This document shows, piece by piece, positions 32,951-38,323 of a stretch of 64,000 nucleotides of DNA. A model generated the notes under the pieces. It was not told the DNA's origin and did no database searches. It saw only the letters and a list, made by a program, of their open reading frames with translations. How positions within the stretch are numbered: the first letter of the stretch is position 1; every line of letters begins with the position of its first letter. Both the position numbers and the translations under genes were made by a program. This stretch comes from Pirellulales bacterium (GTDB taxonomy: Bacteria; Planctomycetota; Planctomycetia; Pirellulales; Lacipirellulaceae), in the NCBI GenBank assembly GCA_963841515.1, contig CAWJDB010000010.1, forward strand, positions 431,237 through 495,236, read 5' to 3'.

Positions 32951-33028
32951 GCGGCGGTACGGGAGTCGAACCCGTGACAGCCAGGTTACGAGCCTGGTGC
33001 TCTATCCACTGAGCTAACCTTGGTGGCG
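32951..33028 (-). tRNA. tRNA-Thr(CGT)-like; acceptor stem imperfect (possible pseudo-tRNA)
   Basis: D arm GCTC/GAGC, anticodon arm CCAGG-CTCGTAA-CCTGG, T arm ACGGG-TTCGACT-CCCGT. Only 3-4 of 7 acceptor pairs. Confidence 0.4.
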
Positions 33029-33147
33029 GACGACAATCGCCTTTGCTCGATCCCATGTCCGGAACGCGCGACGCTAACCATGTCACTGAAGCGTGCGCAC
33101 CGCTGGGCCCGGCAACCCTCGACCTTGCTTGAAGCTGCTTGAAAAAA

Positions 33148-33218
33148 GACGCTGACAGGAGTCGAACCTGTTTCAAGCTGCTTTGTAGGCAGCCGCCTCG
33201 CCGTCAGGCTCCAGCGTC
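33148..33218 (-). tRNA. tRNA with anticodon ACA (Cys-type, unusual A34)
   Basis: Perfect acceptor GACGCTG/CAGCGTC, anticodon arm GCTGC-CTACAAA-GCAGC, T arm ACAGG-TTCGACT-CCTGT. Confidence 0.55.
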
Positions 33219-33226
33219 AATAAAAT

Positions 33227-33298
33227 GCCCTCGCCAGGAATCGAACCTGGTCTTCAACCTTCGCACGGTTGCGTGCTGGTCCGGCACACTCCGAGGAC
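33227..33298 (-). tRNA. tRNA-Arg(GCG)
   Basis: Acceptor GTCCTCG/CGAGGGC, D stem GTGT/GCAC, anticodon arm CAACC-GTGCGAA-GGTTG, T loop TTCGATT. Confidence 0.6.
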
Positions 33299-33303
33299 TC
33301 AGT

Positions 33304-33375
33304 ACCCAGTAGAGGAATTGAACCCCTTCTTCGACGTTCGAAGCGTCGCGTGCGATTCCGGCACACTCACCGGGC
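33304..33375 (-). tRNA. tRNA-Arg(TCG)
   Basis: Anticodon arm CGACG-CTTCGAA-CGTCG, T loop TTCAATT, acceptor GCCCGGT/ACTGGGT. Confidence 0.6.
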
Positions 33376-33381
33376 GAAAGC

Positions 33382-33453
33382 GTCTCGACTAGGATTCGAA
33401 CCTAGACCCGCCGCTTAGGACGCGGCTGTGCGTTCCCGTAACGCTTCCGAGAC
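33382..33453 (-). tRNA. tRNA-Arg(CCT)
   Basis: Acceptor GTCTCGG/TCGAGAC, D stem GCGT/ACGC, anticodon arm GCCGC-GTCCTAA-GCGGC, T arm CTAGG-TTCGAAT-CCTAG. Confidence 0.65.
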
Positions 33454-33459
33454 TCAAGG

Positions 33460-33530
33460 GCCGGCGATAGGATTCGAACCTACATTGGGCTCATTACAAA
33501 TGAGCTGCTTCCCCATCAAGCCACGCCGGC
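33460..33530 (-). tRNA. tRNA-Thr(TGT)
   Basis: Perfect cloverleaf: acceptor GCCGGCG/CGCCGGC, D GCTT/AAGC, anticodon GCTCA-TTTGTAA-TGAGC, T GTAGG-TTCGAAT-CCTAT. Confidence 0.8.
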
Positions 33531-33539
33531 ATAGGAAGC

Positions 33540-33608
33540 AGGCCCGCCAGGATTTGAACCCGGTGCGTCAGTTTTGGAGGCTGACTGCTCTCCCAGGAGC
33601 ACGGACCT
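33540..33608 (-). tRNA. tRNA-like gene with 9-nt anticodon loop (CCTCCAAAA); identity unclear
   Basis: Acceptor AGGTCCG/CGGGCCT, D arm GCTC-CTGGGA-GAGC, stem GTCAG/CTGAC, T arm CCGGG-TTCAAAT-CCTGG. Confidence 0.4.
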
Positions 33609-33646
33609 GTAAAAGCACCCGGGCGGCCGACCCGGCGCCGATCAAA

Positions 33647-34237
33647 TCACTTCTGCAATTCCACGTTCCAGTACGCCTCGCTGATGAACTTCGACCAACT
33701 CTCAAGACGAACCTGCTGATCGGCGTACACCGGCCTCCACGTTGGACACGTCGGCGCCTTCTTGAGGTTCATGTCCGCCTGCTTCGGCGTCCGGTCGGCC
33801 TTACGCTTATTGCAGGCAATGCAGGCGAGAACGCAGTTCGTCCAGCTCGAAACGACTCCCCGAGCGCGAGGAACCACGTGGTCGATCGTGAGCTCTTCGC
33901 CGCCCGGGTTGACGCCGCAATACTGGTACTGAAAGCGATCTCGCTTATAAATGTTCCGCCGACCGAACGTCACCGCTCTGATCGGCAATCGATCGAAACC
34001 CGTGCGCGTGATGACTTCCGGCACGCGCAACCGGAAGTTAACGCCGCTCATGAACGGAGCTCCGTCCCGCGGTCGCAGCCGCGACCAATCGTCCCACGAG
34101 AACGTCTGGTAATCGGCCGCGTCGACGACGCGCAGCATCTTTCCACAACAGCACGAGCGCACGCGCTGTGGTCGCGACGTGCACGGGCTGCCAGTTCTTG
34201 TTCAGAACGAGCACAGGTTGTTGTAGTGAAGTCATAG
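33647..34237 (-). pseudogene. HNH endonuclease embedded in the tRNA array; frameshift near 34140
   Basis: N-terminus MTSLQQPVLVLNKNWQPVHVATTARALVLL in 34038..34334. HNH core YQYCGV...LTIDHVVPRARGG..CVLACIACNKRKADR in 33647..34162. Confidence 0.65.
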
Positions 34238-34249
34238 CTACTCCCATGC

Positions 34250-34337
34250 GGAATGGGCAGGATTCGAACCTGCAAGGCTGTTGAAGGCTCGGCCGGCTTC
34301 CAAGTGGGGTTTCGTCGCCAAGTCGATTTGCCATTCC
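34250..34337 (-). tRNA. Class II (long variable arm, 88 nt) tRNA; anticodon not resolved (Leu/Ser-type)
   Basis: Perfect acceptor GGAATGG/CCATTCC, T arm GCAGG-TTCGAAT-CCTGC. Confidence 0.5.
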
Positions 34338-34348
34338 GTGTTGTCAGC

Positions 34349-34419
34349 CGCCCGCCGATGATTCGAACATCGCCTCACGATTTAGAAGATCGTCGTGCGT
34401 TCCACCACACTCGCGAGCG
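34349..34419 (-). tRNA. tRNA-Arg(TCT)
   Basis: Acceptor CGCTCGC/GCGGGCG, D GTGT/GCAC, anticodon ACGAT-CTTCTAA-ATCGT, T CGATG-TTCGAAT-CATCG. Confidence 0.75.
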
Positions 34420-34423
34420 CAGG

Positions 34424-34496
34424 GTGACCGAGCGGACTCGAACCGCCTCATACCTGGTTCACAGCCAGGCCCCTCGACCACTTCGGGATCGGTCAC
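34424..34496 (-). tRNA. tRNA-His(GTG)
   Basis: Acceptor GTGACCG/CGGTCAC, discriminator C, anticodon CCTGG-CTGTGAA-CCAGG, T loop TTCGAGT. Confidence 0.7.
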
Positions 34497-34499
34497 AGC

Positions 34500-34584
34500 G
34501 GAAGGCATGGGATTTGAACCCACACGGCTATTACGCCGCACGGTTTAGCAAACCGGCCCGACAAACCGTATTCGGCTACCTTCC
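34500..34584 (-). tRNA. tRNA-Ser(GCT), class II
   Basis: 85 nt. Acceptor GGAAGGT/GCCTTCC, anticodon CGGT-TTGCTAA-ACCG, variable arm CGGC-GTAATA-GCCG, T GTGGG-TTCAAAT-CCCAT. Confidence 0.7.
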
Positions 34585-34592
34585 GTTCGAGT

Positions 34593-34662
34593 GGAGCGCC
34601 GGGGAATCGAACCCCGATTTCCTGAGTGCAAACCAGGCGTCGTCCCGTTGGACCAGCGTCCC
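34593..34662 (-). tRNA. tRNA-Ala(TGC) with G3:U70
   Basis: Anticodon CCTGG-TTTGCAC-TCAGG, T CGGGG-TTCGATT-CCCCG. Short D loop and one acceptor mismatch. Confidence 0.55.
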
Positions 34663-34675
34663 GTACTTTTGAGTG

Positions 34676-34746
34676 GAGGATACCGGTCTCGAACCGGTGA
34701 CCTACAGACTGCCAGGCGAGTCGCTCACCCAACTGAGCTAATCCCC
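34676..34746 (-). tRNA. tRNA-like with 8-nt anticodon loop CGCCTGGC (GGC/Ala-like?)
   Basis: Acceptor GGGGATT/TATCCTC, D GCTC-AGTTGGGT-GAGC, stem GACT/AGTC, T ACCGG-TTCGAGA-CCGGT. Confidence 0.4.
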
Positions 34747-34751
34747 CGACA

Positions 34752-34821
34752 GGCCCAAGCGAGAATCGAACTCGCACCACCGCACTACCAATGCGGTGCT
34801 CTGCCACTGAGCTATCAGGCC
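34752..34821 (-). tRNA. tRNA-Thr(GGT)
   Basis: D GCTC-AGTGGCA-GAGC, anticodon CCGCA-TTGGTAG-TGCGG, T GCGAG-TTCGATT-CTCGC. Confidence 0.75.
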
Positions 34822-34825
34822 GTGG

Positions 34826-34894
34826 GGGGACATGGGAGTCGAACCCAATGTTTCAAGCTTATGAGGCTTCCGTGAAACCGTTTCACTCGTCCCC
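34826..34894 (-). tRNA. tRNA-Met(CAT)-type
   Basis: Acceptor GGGGACG/TGTCCCC, anticodon AAGC-CTCATAA-GCTT, T loop TTCGACT. The D arm is short. Confidence 0.55.
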
Positions 34895-34900
34895 GTCAGT

Positions 34901-34971
34901 AGTCCCTGCTGGAATCGAACCAGCTGTCTTCTCCGTGTCATGGAGACGCCGTGCCGGTGGGCCAAGGGACT
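34901..34971 (-). tRNA. tRNA-Val(GAC)
   Basis: Perfect acceptor AGTCCCT/AGGGACT, anticodon TCTCC-ATGACAC-GGAGA, T GCTGG-TTCGATT-CCAGC. Confidence 0.75.
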
Positions 34972-34980
34972 ACACGAGTG

Positions 34981-35054
34981 GTCGGGAGAGGGCTTCGAAC
35001 CTCCAAAATCACCGCGCTCTTGACGCGATCGCTTTTCCAGTTTGCGTACCCGAC
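34981..35054 (-). tRNA. tRNA-like; anticodon loop TCAAGAG (AAG with C33?) uncertain
   Basis: Acceptor GTCGGGT/TCCCGAC (6 of 7 pairs), palindromic stem CGCG/CGCG, T loop TTCGAAG. Confidence 0.35.
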
Positions 35055-35060
35055 CGAAGT

Positions 35061-35128
35061 AGCTAGCCCCGGAGTTGAACCGAGCGCGCCGAGCTTATGG
35101 GGCTCAAGTGGGCCAACCTGCGCTAGCA
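35061..35128 (-). tRNA. tRNA(CAT)-like with C33 and a compact D arm
   Basis: Anticodon TGAGC-CCCATAA-GCTCG, variable GCGCG, T CTCGG-TTCAACT-CCGGG, palindromic acceptor GCTAGC. Confidence 0.45.
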
Positions 35129-35130
35129 AT

Positions 35131-35202
35131 GACCCAAGCGGGATTCGAACCCGCGATTCCCGCCTTGAGAGGGCGGCGACTACTCCGCAAGTCCACTGGG
35201 CC
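35131..35202 (-). tRNA. tRNA-Glu(CTC)
   Basis: Acceptor GGCCCAG/TTGGGTC, anticodon CCGCC-CTCTCAA-GGCGG, T GCGGG-TTCGAAT-CCCGC. Confidence 0.7.
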
Positions 35203-35210
35203 ATATAAGT

Positions 35211-35297
35211 GAGACGTGAAGGAATCGAACCTCGCGTCGCCACCCCGCTGTTTAGTGACTCGTGTTCTACAGACACGGCCGCGAGGGAACGCCTCTC
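35211..35297 (-). tRNA. tRNA-Tyr(GTA), class II; acceptor with two mismatches
   Basis: 87 nt. Anticodon CGTGT-CTGTAGA-ACACG. D region TTCCC..GG and T arm GAGG-TTCGATT-CCTTC resemble bacterial tRNA-Tyr. Confidence 0.55.
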
Positions 35298-35304
35298 GTC
35301 GAGT

Positions 35305-35379
35305 GCCAAGGGCGGGAGTCGAGCCCGCGGAGTCACGAAGGTTTGAGCTTCGCCGCTTTCCCTGTTGCGTACCTTGGCA
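35305..35379 (-). tRNA. Class I tRNA with anticodon CAA (Leu codon UUG; unusual because Leu tRNAs are normally class II)
   Basis: Perfect acceptor GCCAAGG/CCTTGGC, anticodon CGAAG-CTCAAAC-CTTCG, T GCGGG-CTCGACT-CCCGC. Confidence 0.55.
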
Positions 35380-35385
35380 GCAAGC

Positions 35386-35459
35386 GCCCCCGACGCGATT
35401 TGAACGCGCGATCTCCTGCGTGACAGGCAGGCGTCCACTCCGGGCTGGACCACGAGGGC
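35386..35459 (-). tRNA. tRNA-Asp(GTC)
   Basis: D GTCC-AGCCCGGAGT-GGAC, anticodon CCTGC-CTGTCAC-GCAGG, T loop TTCAAAT. Confidence 0.75.
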
Positions 35460-35465
35460 AATAGT

Positions 35466-35540
35466 ACCGGCGGCAGGATTCGCTCTCTGCACTGTTCTCG
35501 TTCTAAGCGAGACGCCTCCTTCCGTTGGGCTACGCCGGCT
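35466..35540 (-). tRNA. Class I tRNA-like with anticodon TAG (Leu codon CUA) and an aberrant 10-nt T loop (AGAGCGAATC)
   Basis: Acceptor GCCGGCG/CGCCGGT, anticodon TCTCG-CTTAGAA-CGAGA. Confidence 0.45.
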
Positions 35541-35545
35541 TAAGT

Positions 35546-35617
35546 CGTCCCGAGTGGACTCGAACCACTGATCGTCTCCTTGTAAGGGAGCTGCCTTTGC
35601 CGCTAGGCCACGGGACG
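35546..35617 (-). tRNA. tRNA-Val(TAC)
   Basis: Perfect acceptor CGTCCCG/CGGGACG, anticodon CTCC-CTTACAA-GGAG, T AGTGG-TTCGAGT-CCACT. Confidence 0.7.
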
Positions 35618-35623
35618 TAAGGC

Positions 35624-35709
35624 GGAAGCGGTGAGACTCGAACTCACAAGCGGGTATAAGCCGCCAGCCGTTTTCAAGACGGTTTCCTCAGCCATTCGGA
35701 TCACTTCCG
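35624..35709 (-). tRNA. tRNA-Ser(TGA), class II
   Basis: 86 nt. Acceptor GGAAGTG/CGCTTCC, anticodon CCGT-CTTGAAA-ACGG, T GTGAG-TTCGAGT-CTCAC. Confidence 0.65.
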
Positions 35710-35714
35710 TAAGC

Positions 35715-35785
35715 AGCGGCGGTCGGTATCGAGCCGACTCCAACTGCTTCAAAGGCAGTCATGCTGACCTTTACACCACGCCGCA
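35715..35785 (-). tRNA. tRNA-Gln(TTG)
   Basis: Anticodon ACTGC-CTTTGAA-GCAGT, T GTCGG-CTCGATA-CCGAC, acceptor GCGGCG/CGCCGC. Confidence 0.65.
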
Positions 35786-35792
35786 CCAAACA

Positions 35793-35861
35793 GGCTGAGC
35801 GCCGAATCGAACGGCGTCCGACTGGTTCAGAGCCAGTCGTGCGACCACTACACCAGGGGCC
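35793..35861 (-). tRNA. tRNA-Gln(CTG)-like with defective acceptor stem (pseudo-tRNA or indel error)
   Basis: Anticodon ACTGG-CTCTGAA-CCAGT, T GCCG-TTCGATT-CGGC. The 5' GGCCCCT and 3' GCTCAGCC ends do not pair. Confidence 0.35.
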
Positions 35862-35864
35862 AAT

Positions 35865-35934
35865 ACGGGTGCGCGGAATTGAACCGCGGCTGTCAGTTTG
35901 GAAGACTCGCCGTGCTGCCGCTACACCACACCCG
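35865..35934 (-). tRNA. tRNA-Trp(CCA)-like; the 3' strand of the anticodon stem is scrambled
   Basis: Acceptor GCGGGTG/CACCCGT, D GTGT/GCAC, loop TTCCAAA after GAGTC, T CGCGG-TTCAATT-CCGCG. Confidence 0.4.
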
Positions 35935-35942
35935 CAGAAGCG

Positions 35943-36025
35943 GAAGCGGCAGGAGTTGAACCTGCAAGGCAGTTACGCTCGACTGTTTTCGAAACAGCTG
36001 CCGTCGCCAATCGGCTGGCGCTTCC
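35943..36025 (-). tRNA. tRNA-Ser(CGA), class II
   Basis: Perfect acceptor GGAAGCG/CGCTTCC, anticodon GCTGT-TTCGAAA-ACAGT, T GCAGG-TTCAACT-CCTGC. Confidence 0.65.
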
Positions 36026-36032
36026 ATGAAGC

Positions 36033-36108
36033 TGCGGAGGCTGGGATCGAACCAGCGCACGAACGTGTTTAACAGACACGCGCAACTACCAGCAGTTGCC
36101 CCTCCGCA
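36033..36108 (-). tRNA. tRNA-Asn(GTT)
   Basis: D CAAC-TGCTGGTA-GTTG, anticodon CGTGT-CTGTTAA-ACACG, T GCTGG-TTCGATC-CCAGC. Confidence 0.7.
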
Positions 36109-36115
36109 AAGGAGT

Positions 36116-36188
36116 CTGCGCGGTCGGATTTGAACCGACGATCTCGACGCCCCGAACGTCGCGGGATGCCCAACTTCCCCACGCGCAG
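36116..36188 (-). tRNA. tRNA-Pro(CGG)
   Basis: Perfect acceptor CTGCGCG/CGCGCAG, D GGGA/TCCC, anticodon CGACG-TTCGGGG-CGTCG, T GTCGG-TTCAAAT-CCGAC. Confidence 0.75.
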
Positions 36189-36197
36189 TCAAACGAA

Positions 36198-36267
36198 GCA
36201 TCCGGCGGGTTACGATCCCGCACCTCCACCTTGGCAAAGTAGCGTGCAACCACTACACCACGGACGC
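36198..36267 (-). tRNA. tRNA-Gly(GCC) with unusual T loop ATCGTAA
   Basis: Acceptor GCGTCCG/CGGATGC, D GTGT/GCAC, anticodon CTACT-TTGCCAA-GGTGG (two G-U pairs). Confidence 0.55.
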
Positions 36268-36298
36268 AGTTTTGGCTTGTCAAATTGTCAAAGACCAA

Positions 36299-36370
36299 AG
36301 GATCGGGTCAGAATCGCTCGTGACGTTGCGACGGTACGAGCGTCGCGTCTTACTACTAGACGACAGATCC
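36299..36370 (-). tRNA. tRNA-Thr(CGT)-like with variant T loop CGAGCGATTC
   Basis: D GTCT-AGTAGTA-AGAC, anticodon CGACG-CTCGTAC-CGTCG, acceptor GGATCTG/CCGATCC (one mismatch). Confidence 0.45.
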
Positions 36371-36381
36371 AGGTTTGCAGT

Positions 36382-36452
36382 GGGGCTGGTGAGAGTCGAA
36401 CTCACAACGTCCTGGTTAAAAGCCAGGTGCTTGGCCTTTCAGCTTCAACCCC
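36382..36452 (-). tRNA. tRNA-Lys(TTT)
   Basis: Acceptor GGGGTTG/CAGCCCC, anticodon CCTGG-CTTTTAA-CCAGG, T GTGAG-TTCGACT-CTCAC. Confidence 0.7.
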
Positions 36453-36461
36453 ATGTCAAGT

Positions 36462-36534
36462 TGGCGGCCTGGGAATCGAACCCAGATCGTCGAGTTAATA
36501 AGACCCAACAGGTCAAGTGAGACCGTCGCCGCCC
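36462..36534 (-). tRNA. tRNA-like, anticodon probably TAT (Ile AUA-type) in loop CTTATTA; 1:72 mismatch
   Basis: Stem TGGGT/ACTCG with two G-U pairs, T CTGGG-TTCGATT-CCCAG. Confidence 0.4.
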
Positions 36535-36537
36535 AAT

Positions 36538-36610
36538 GGCTTCGGCGAGATTCGCGCCTCGCACCAAATCGATTAAAAGTCGAGTATGCTGCCGTTGACA
36601 CCACGAAGCC
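36538..36610 (-). tRNA. tRNA-Lys(TTT)-like with 8-nt T loop GCGCGAAT
   Basis: Perfect acceptor GGCTTCG/CGAAGCC, anticodon TCGA-CTTTTAA-TCGA. Confidence 0.5.
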
Positions 36611-36669
36611 GATTCAGGCTCGCGACGTCGCGTTTCATTCGAAGTTGCATATCGTTTCTCCTAACAAGT

Positions 36670-36740
36670 GGTAGCCCTGCGAATCGAACGCAGCGCAACT
36701 CGCTTATCAGGCGGATTTGGGCAACCAGCCCTCGACTACC
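36670..36740 (-). tRNA. tRNA-Ile(GAT)
   Basis: Anticodon loop CTGATAA, T CTGCG-TTCGATT-CGCAG, 3' end GGCTACC-A resembles bacterial tRNA-Ile. Confidence 0.65.
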
Positions 36741-36754
36741 GTCGTCGTGTATCA

Positions 36755-36860
36755 GTCGGGCGCCTCGGGGTCGAACCGCCAGTATTCAATTTGTTGGCTC
36801 CTGCTCCCATGGCTCACCGTGCTCCCATCTGCACCTCCGCCCGATTACAAGTCAGCATGG
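36755..36860 (-). other. Unresolved spacer with a T-loop-like motif (GGCGGTTCGACCCCG); possibly a degenerate or indel-damaged class II tRNA
   Basis: No consistent cloverleaf could be drawn. Confidence 0.2.
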
Positions 36861-36865
36861 CAAGT

Positions 36866-36939
36866 ACCCTGTGGGGGATTCGAACCCGCCTCCTGCGGCT
36901 TGAAAGGCCGCCATCCTAAAACCAGTAGACCAACAGGGC
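36866..36939 (-). tRNA. tRNA-Glu(TTC)
   Basis: Anticodon GCGGC-CTTTCAA-GCCGC. The D region GTCT...AGGA matches the bacterial tRNA-Glu pattern. Confidence 0.65.
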
Positions 36940-36999
36940 GTGTTAAGTCGTTTCGTGTTTCTTAAGTTGAGTTTTTGCGCGCACCGCAAGCGCATTAGT

Positions 37000-37070
37000 G
37001 GGCTGGGAGGCGCTCGAATCCTCGTCTGTGGTTCTTCAGACCGCCGCTAGACCGTCTCAGCTACCAGCCC
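37000..37070 (-). tRNA. tRNA-Phe(GAA); first gene of the array
   Basis: Perfect acceptor GGGCTGG/CCAGCCC, D GCT/AGC, anticodon GCGGT-CTGAAGA-ACCAC, T loop with a 2-nt insertion (ATTCGAGCG). Confidence 0.6.
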
Positions 37071-37087
37071 GTCATCAAGGCAGGGGC

Positions 37088-37128
37088 GCGTGCGACGAGG
37101 CCAACAAAAAAGGCCCGGCGTCACGTTG
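37088..37128 (-). terminator. Rho-independent terminator (minus strand) upstream of the tRNA array; terminates the DUF1080 gene
   Basis: Hairpin AAGGCCTGGCGTCA-ACG-TGACGCCGGGCCTT followed by TTTTTTG on the minus strand. Confidence 0.6.
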
Positions 37129-37527
37129 ACGCCAGGCCTTGGTGGCTCACTTAAGAGTTTGGCCGAGCGTCATAGGCGCCTTCTATCGTTGGCGGGCGCA
37201 TAACCGGACTGTTCGTTCGCCCCTTGGGTGAACGGCAAGCCGGCGCTCCCTTGCGGCAAACTCGCCGCCGCGAGCACTGAGCGTATGAGACTCGACCGAA
37301 ACATGGATGGCACTCCTCCTAATGAAATATACCCGGCAGATCGCTTTGCGTTTCTCTGATAACTATAGATGTCGGATAATAACCGAAGTTCGCGCAGTCT
37401 TTTCGGAAAAACTGGGAATTTGGAAACTTTCTTCGATTACCCAAATTGCTCGCTGGCGCCGGCTGAACCCGTACTTATCGGTAAGCGAACCCGCTCTCGC
37501 TATCCTGCGAGGCTATCCGAAACCTGT

Positions 37528-38142
37528 CTACTTAAGCTCTTTGATCCGAATGTTGCGAAACGAGACCGTGCCGTGATCGCCTTGGAGAAAGATCGAGCCT
37601 GGCTTGTCGACCTCGTCATCGAGCTGACTGCCGGTCGCCTTGTTGCAGGCGACGTTGTCATGCACCTTTTCGCCGTTGAGCACGAGCGTGATCTTATCGT
37701 CGATCATGGTCGCTTCGGCCGTTTGCCACTGGTCGCCGGGCCGCGAAACGAACTTATCGGGGGCCTTGAAGTTGTAGATGGCGCCGTTGCCGCTGAGCGA
37801 CGCCTTGCCGCTGGCGTGGTCGCCGAGAATCTGGAGCTCGTGCCGGCCGCGAAGGTAGAAGCCGCTATTGGAGTTGTCGGGCACGAGGTACTCGTACCTG
37901 ACGGTGCAGTTCCAAAACTTCTTGTCGGTGACCAAGTCGGTTCCGTGGGCGCCATCGTCGACGGTGTTCTTTAGGACGCCGTCTTCGACGGACCAGCTGT
38001 TGTGCCCTTTCGGATCGCGCAGATGCCAACCGGCCATGTCCTTGCCATTGAAAAGCGGCCGGAAGCCTTCTTCTTTGTCTGCGGCCCGGACGATAGCGGG
38101 GGCGGACCCAATCACCGCTAGAACCAGGAACATTCTTCTCAT
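37528..38142 (-). CDS. DUF1080 (3-keto-disaccharide-hydrolase-like, LamG fold) secreted protein
   Basis: Signal peptide MRRMFLVLAVIGSAPAIVRA, then PLFNGKDMAGWH...GSIFLQGDHGTVSFRNIRIKEL. Confidence 0.6.
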   Translation of the reverse strand: MRRMFLVLAVIGSAPAIVRAADKEEGFRPLFNGKDMAGWHLRDPKGHNSWSVEDGVLKNTVDDGAHGTDLVTDKKFWNCTVRYEYLVPDNSNSGFYLRGRHELQILGDHASGKASLSGNGAIYNFKAPDKFVSRPGDQWQTAEATMIDDKITLVLNGEKVHDNVACNKATGSQLDDEVDKPGSIFLQGDHGTVSFRNIRIKELK

Positions 38143-38323
38143 GACATTAGCCTCTGGGGGTTTTGATCGGGATCGATTCGCTCGACACGTACGGCGCTTG
38201 TAGGCATGATCGCGTCGGTTACGCCAAGGCGCCATAGTTAAAAAATGGACGGGCGCCCGGCCAGCAGAGCCCGCGTTGCCCCCCGGCGTGCAGACTGATT
38301 GCAGGCTGTGGCGCCCATCCAGG

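Noticed and set aside
36611-36669. Possible additional tRNA in the 59-nt spacer between array genes 35 and 36 (TTCATTCGAAG motif)
   Set aside because: No acceptor, D or anticodon stems could be paired. It is probably a fragment.
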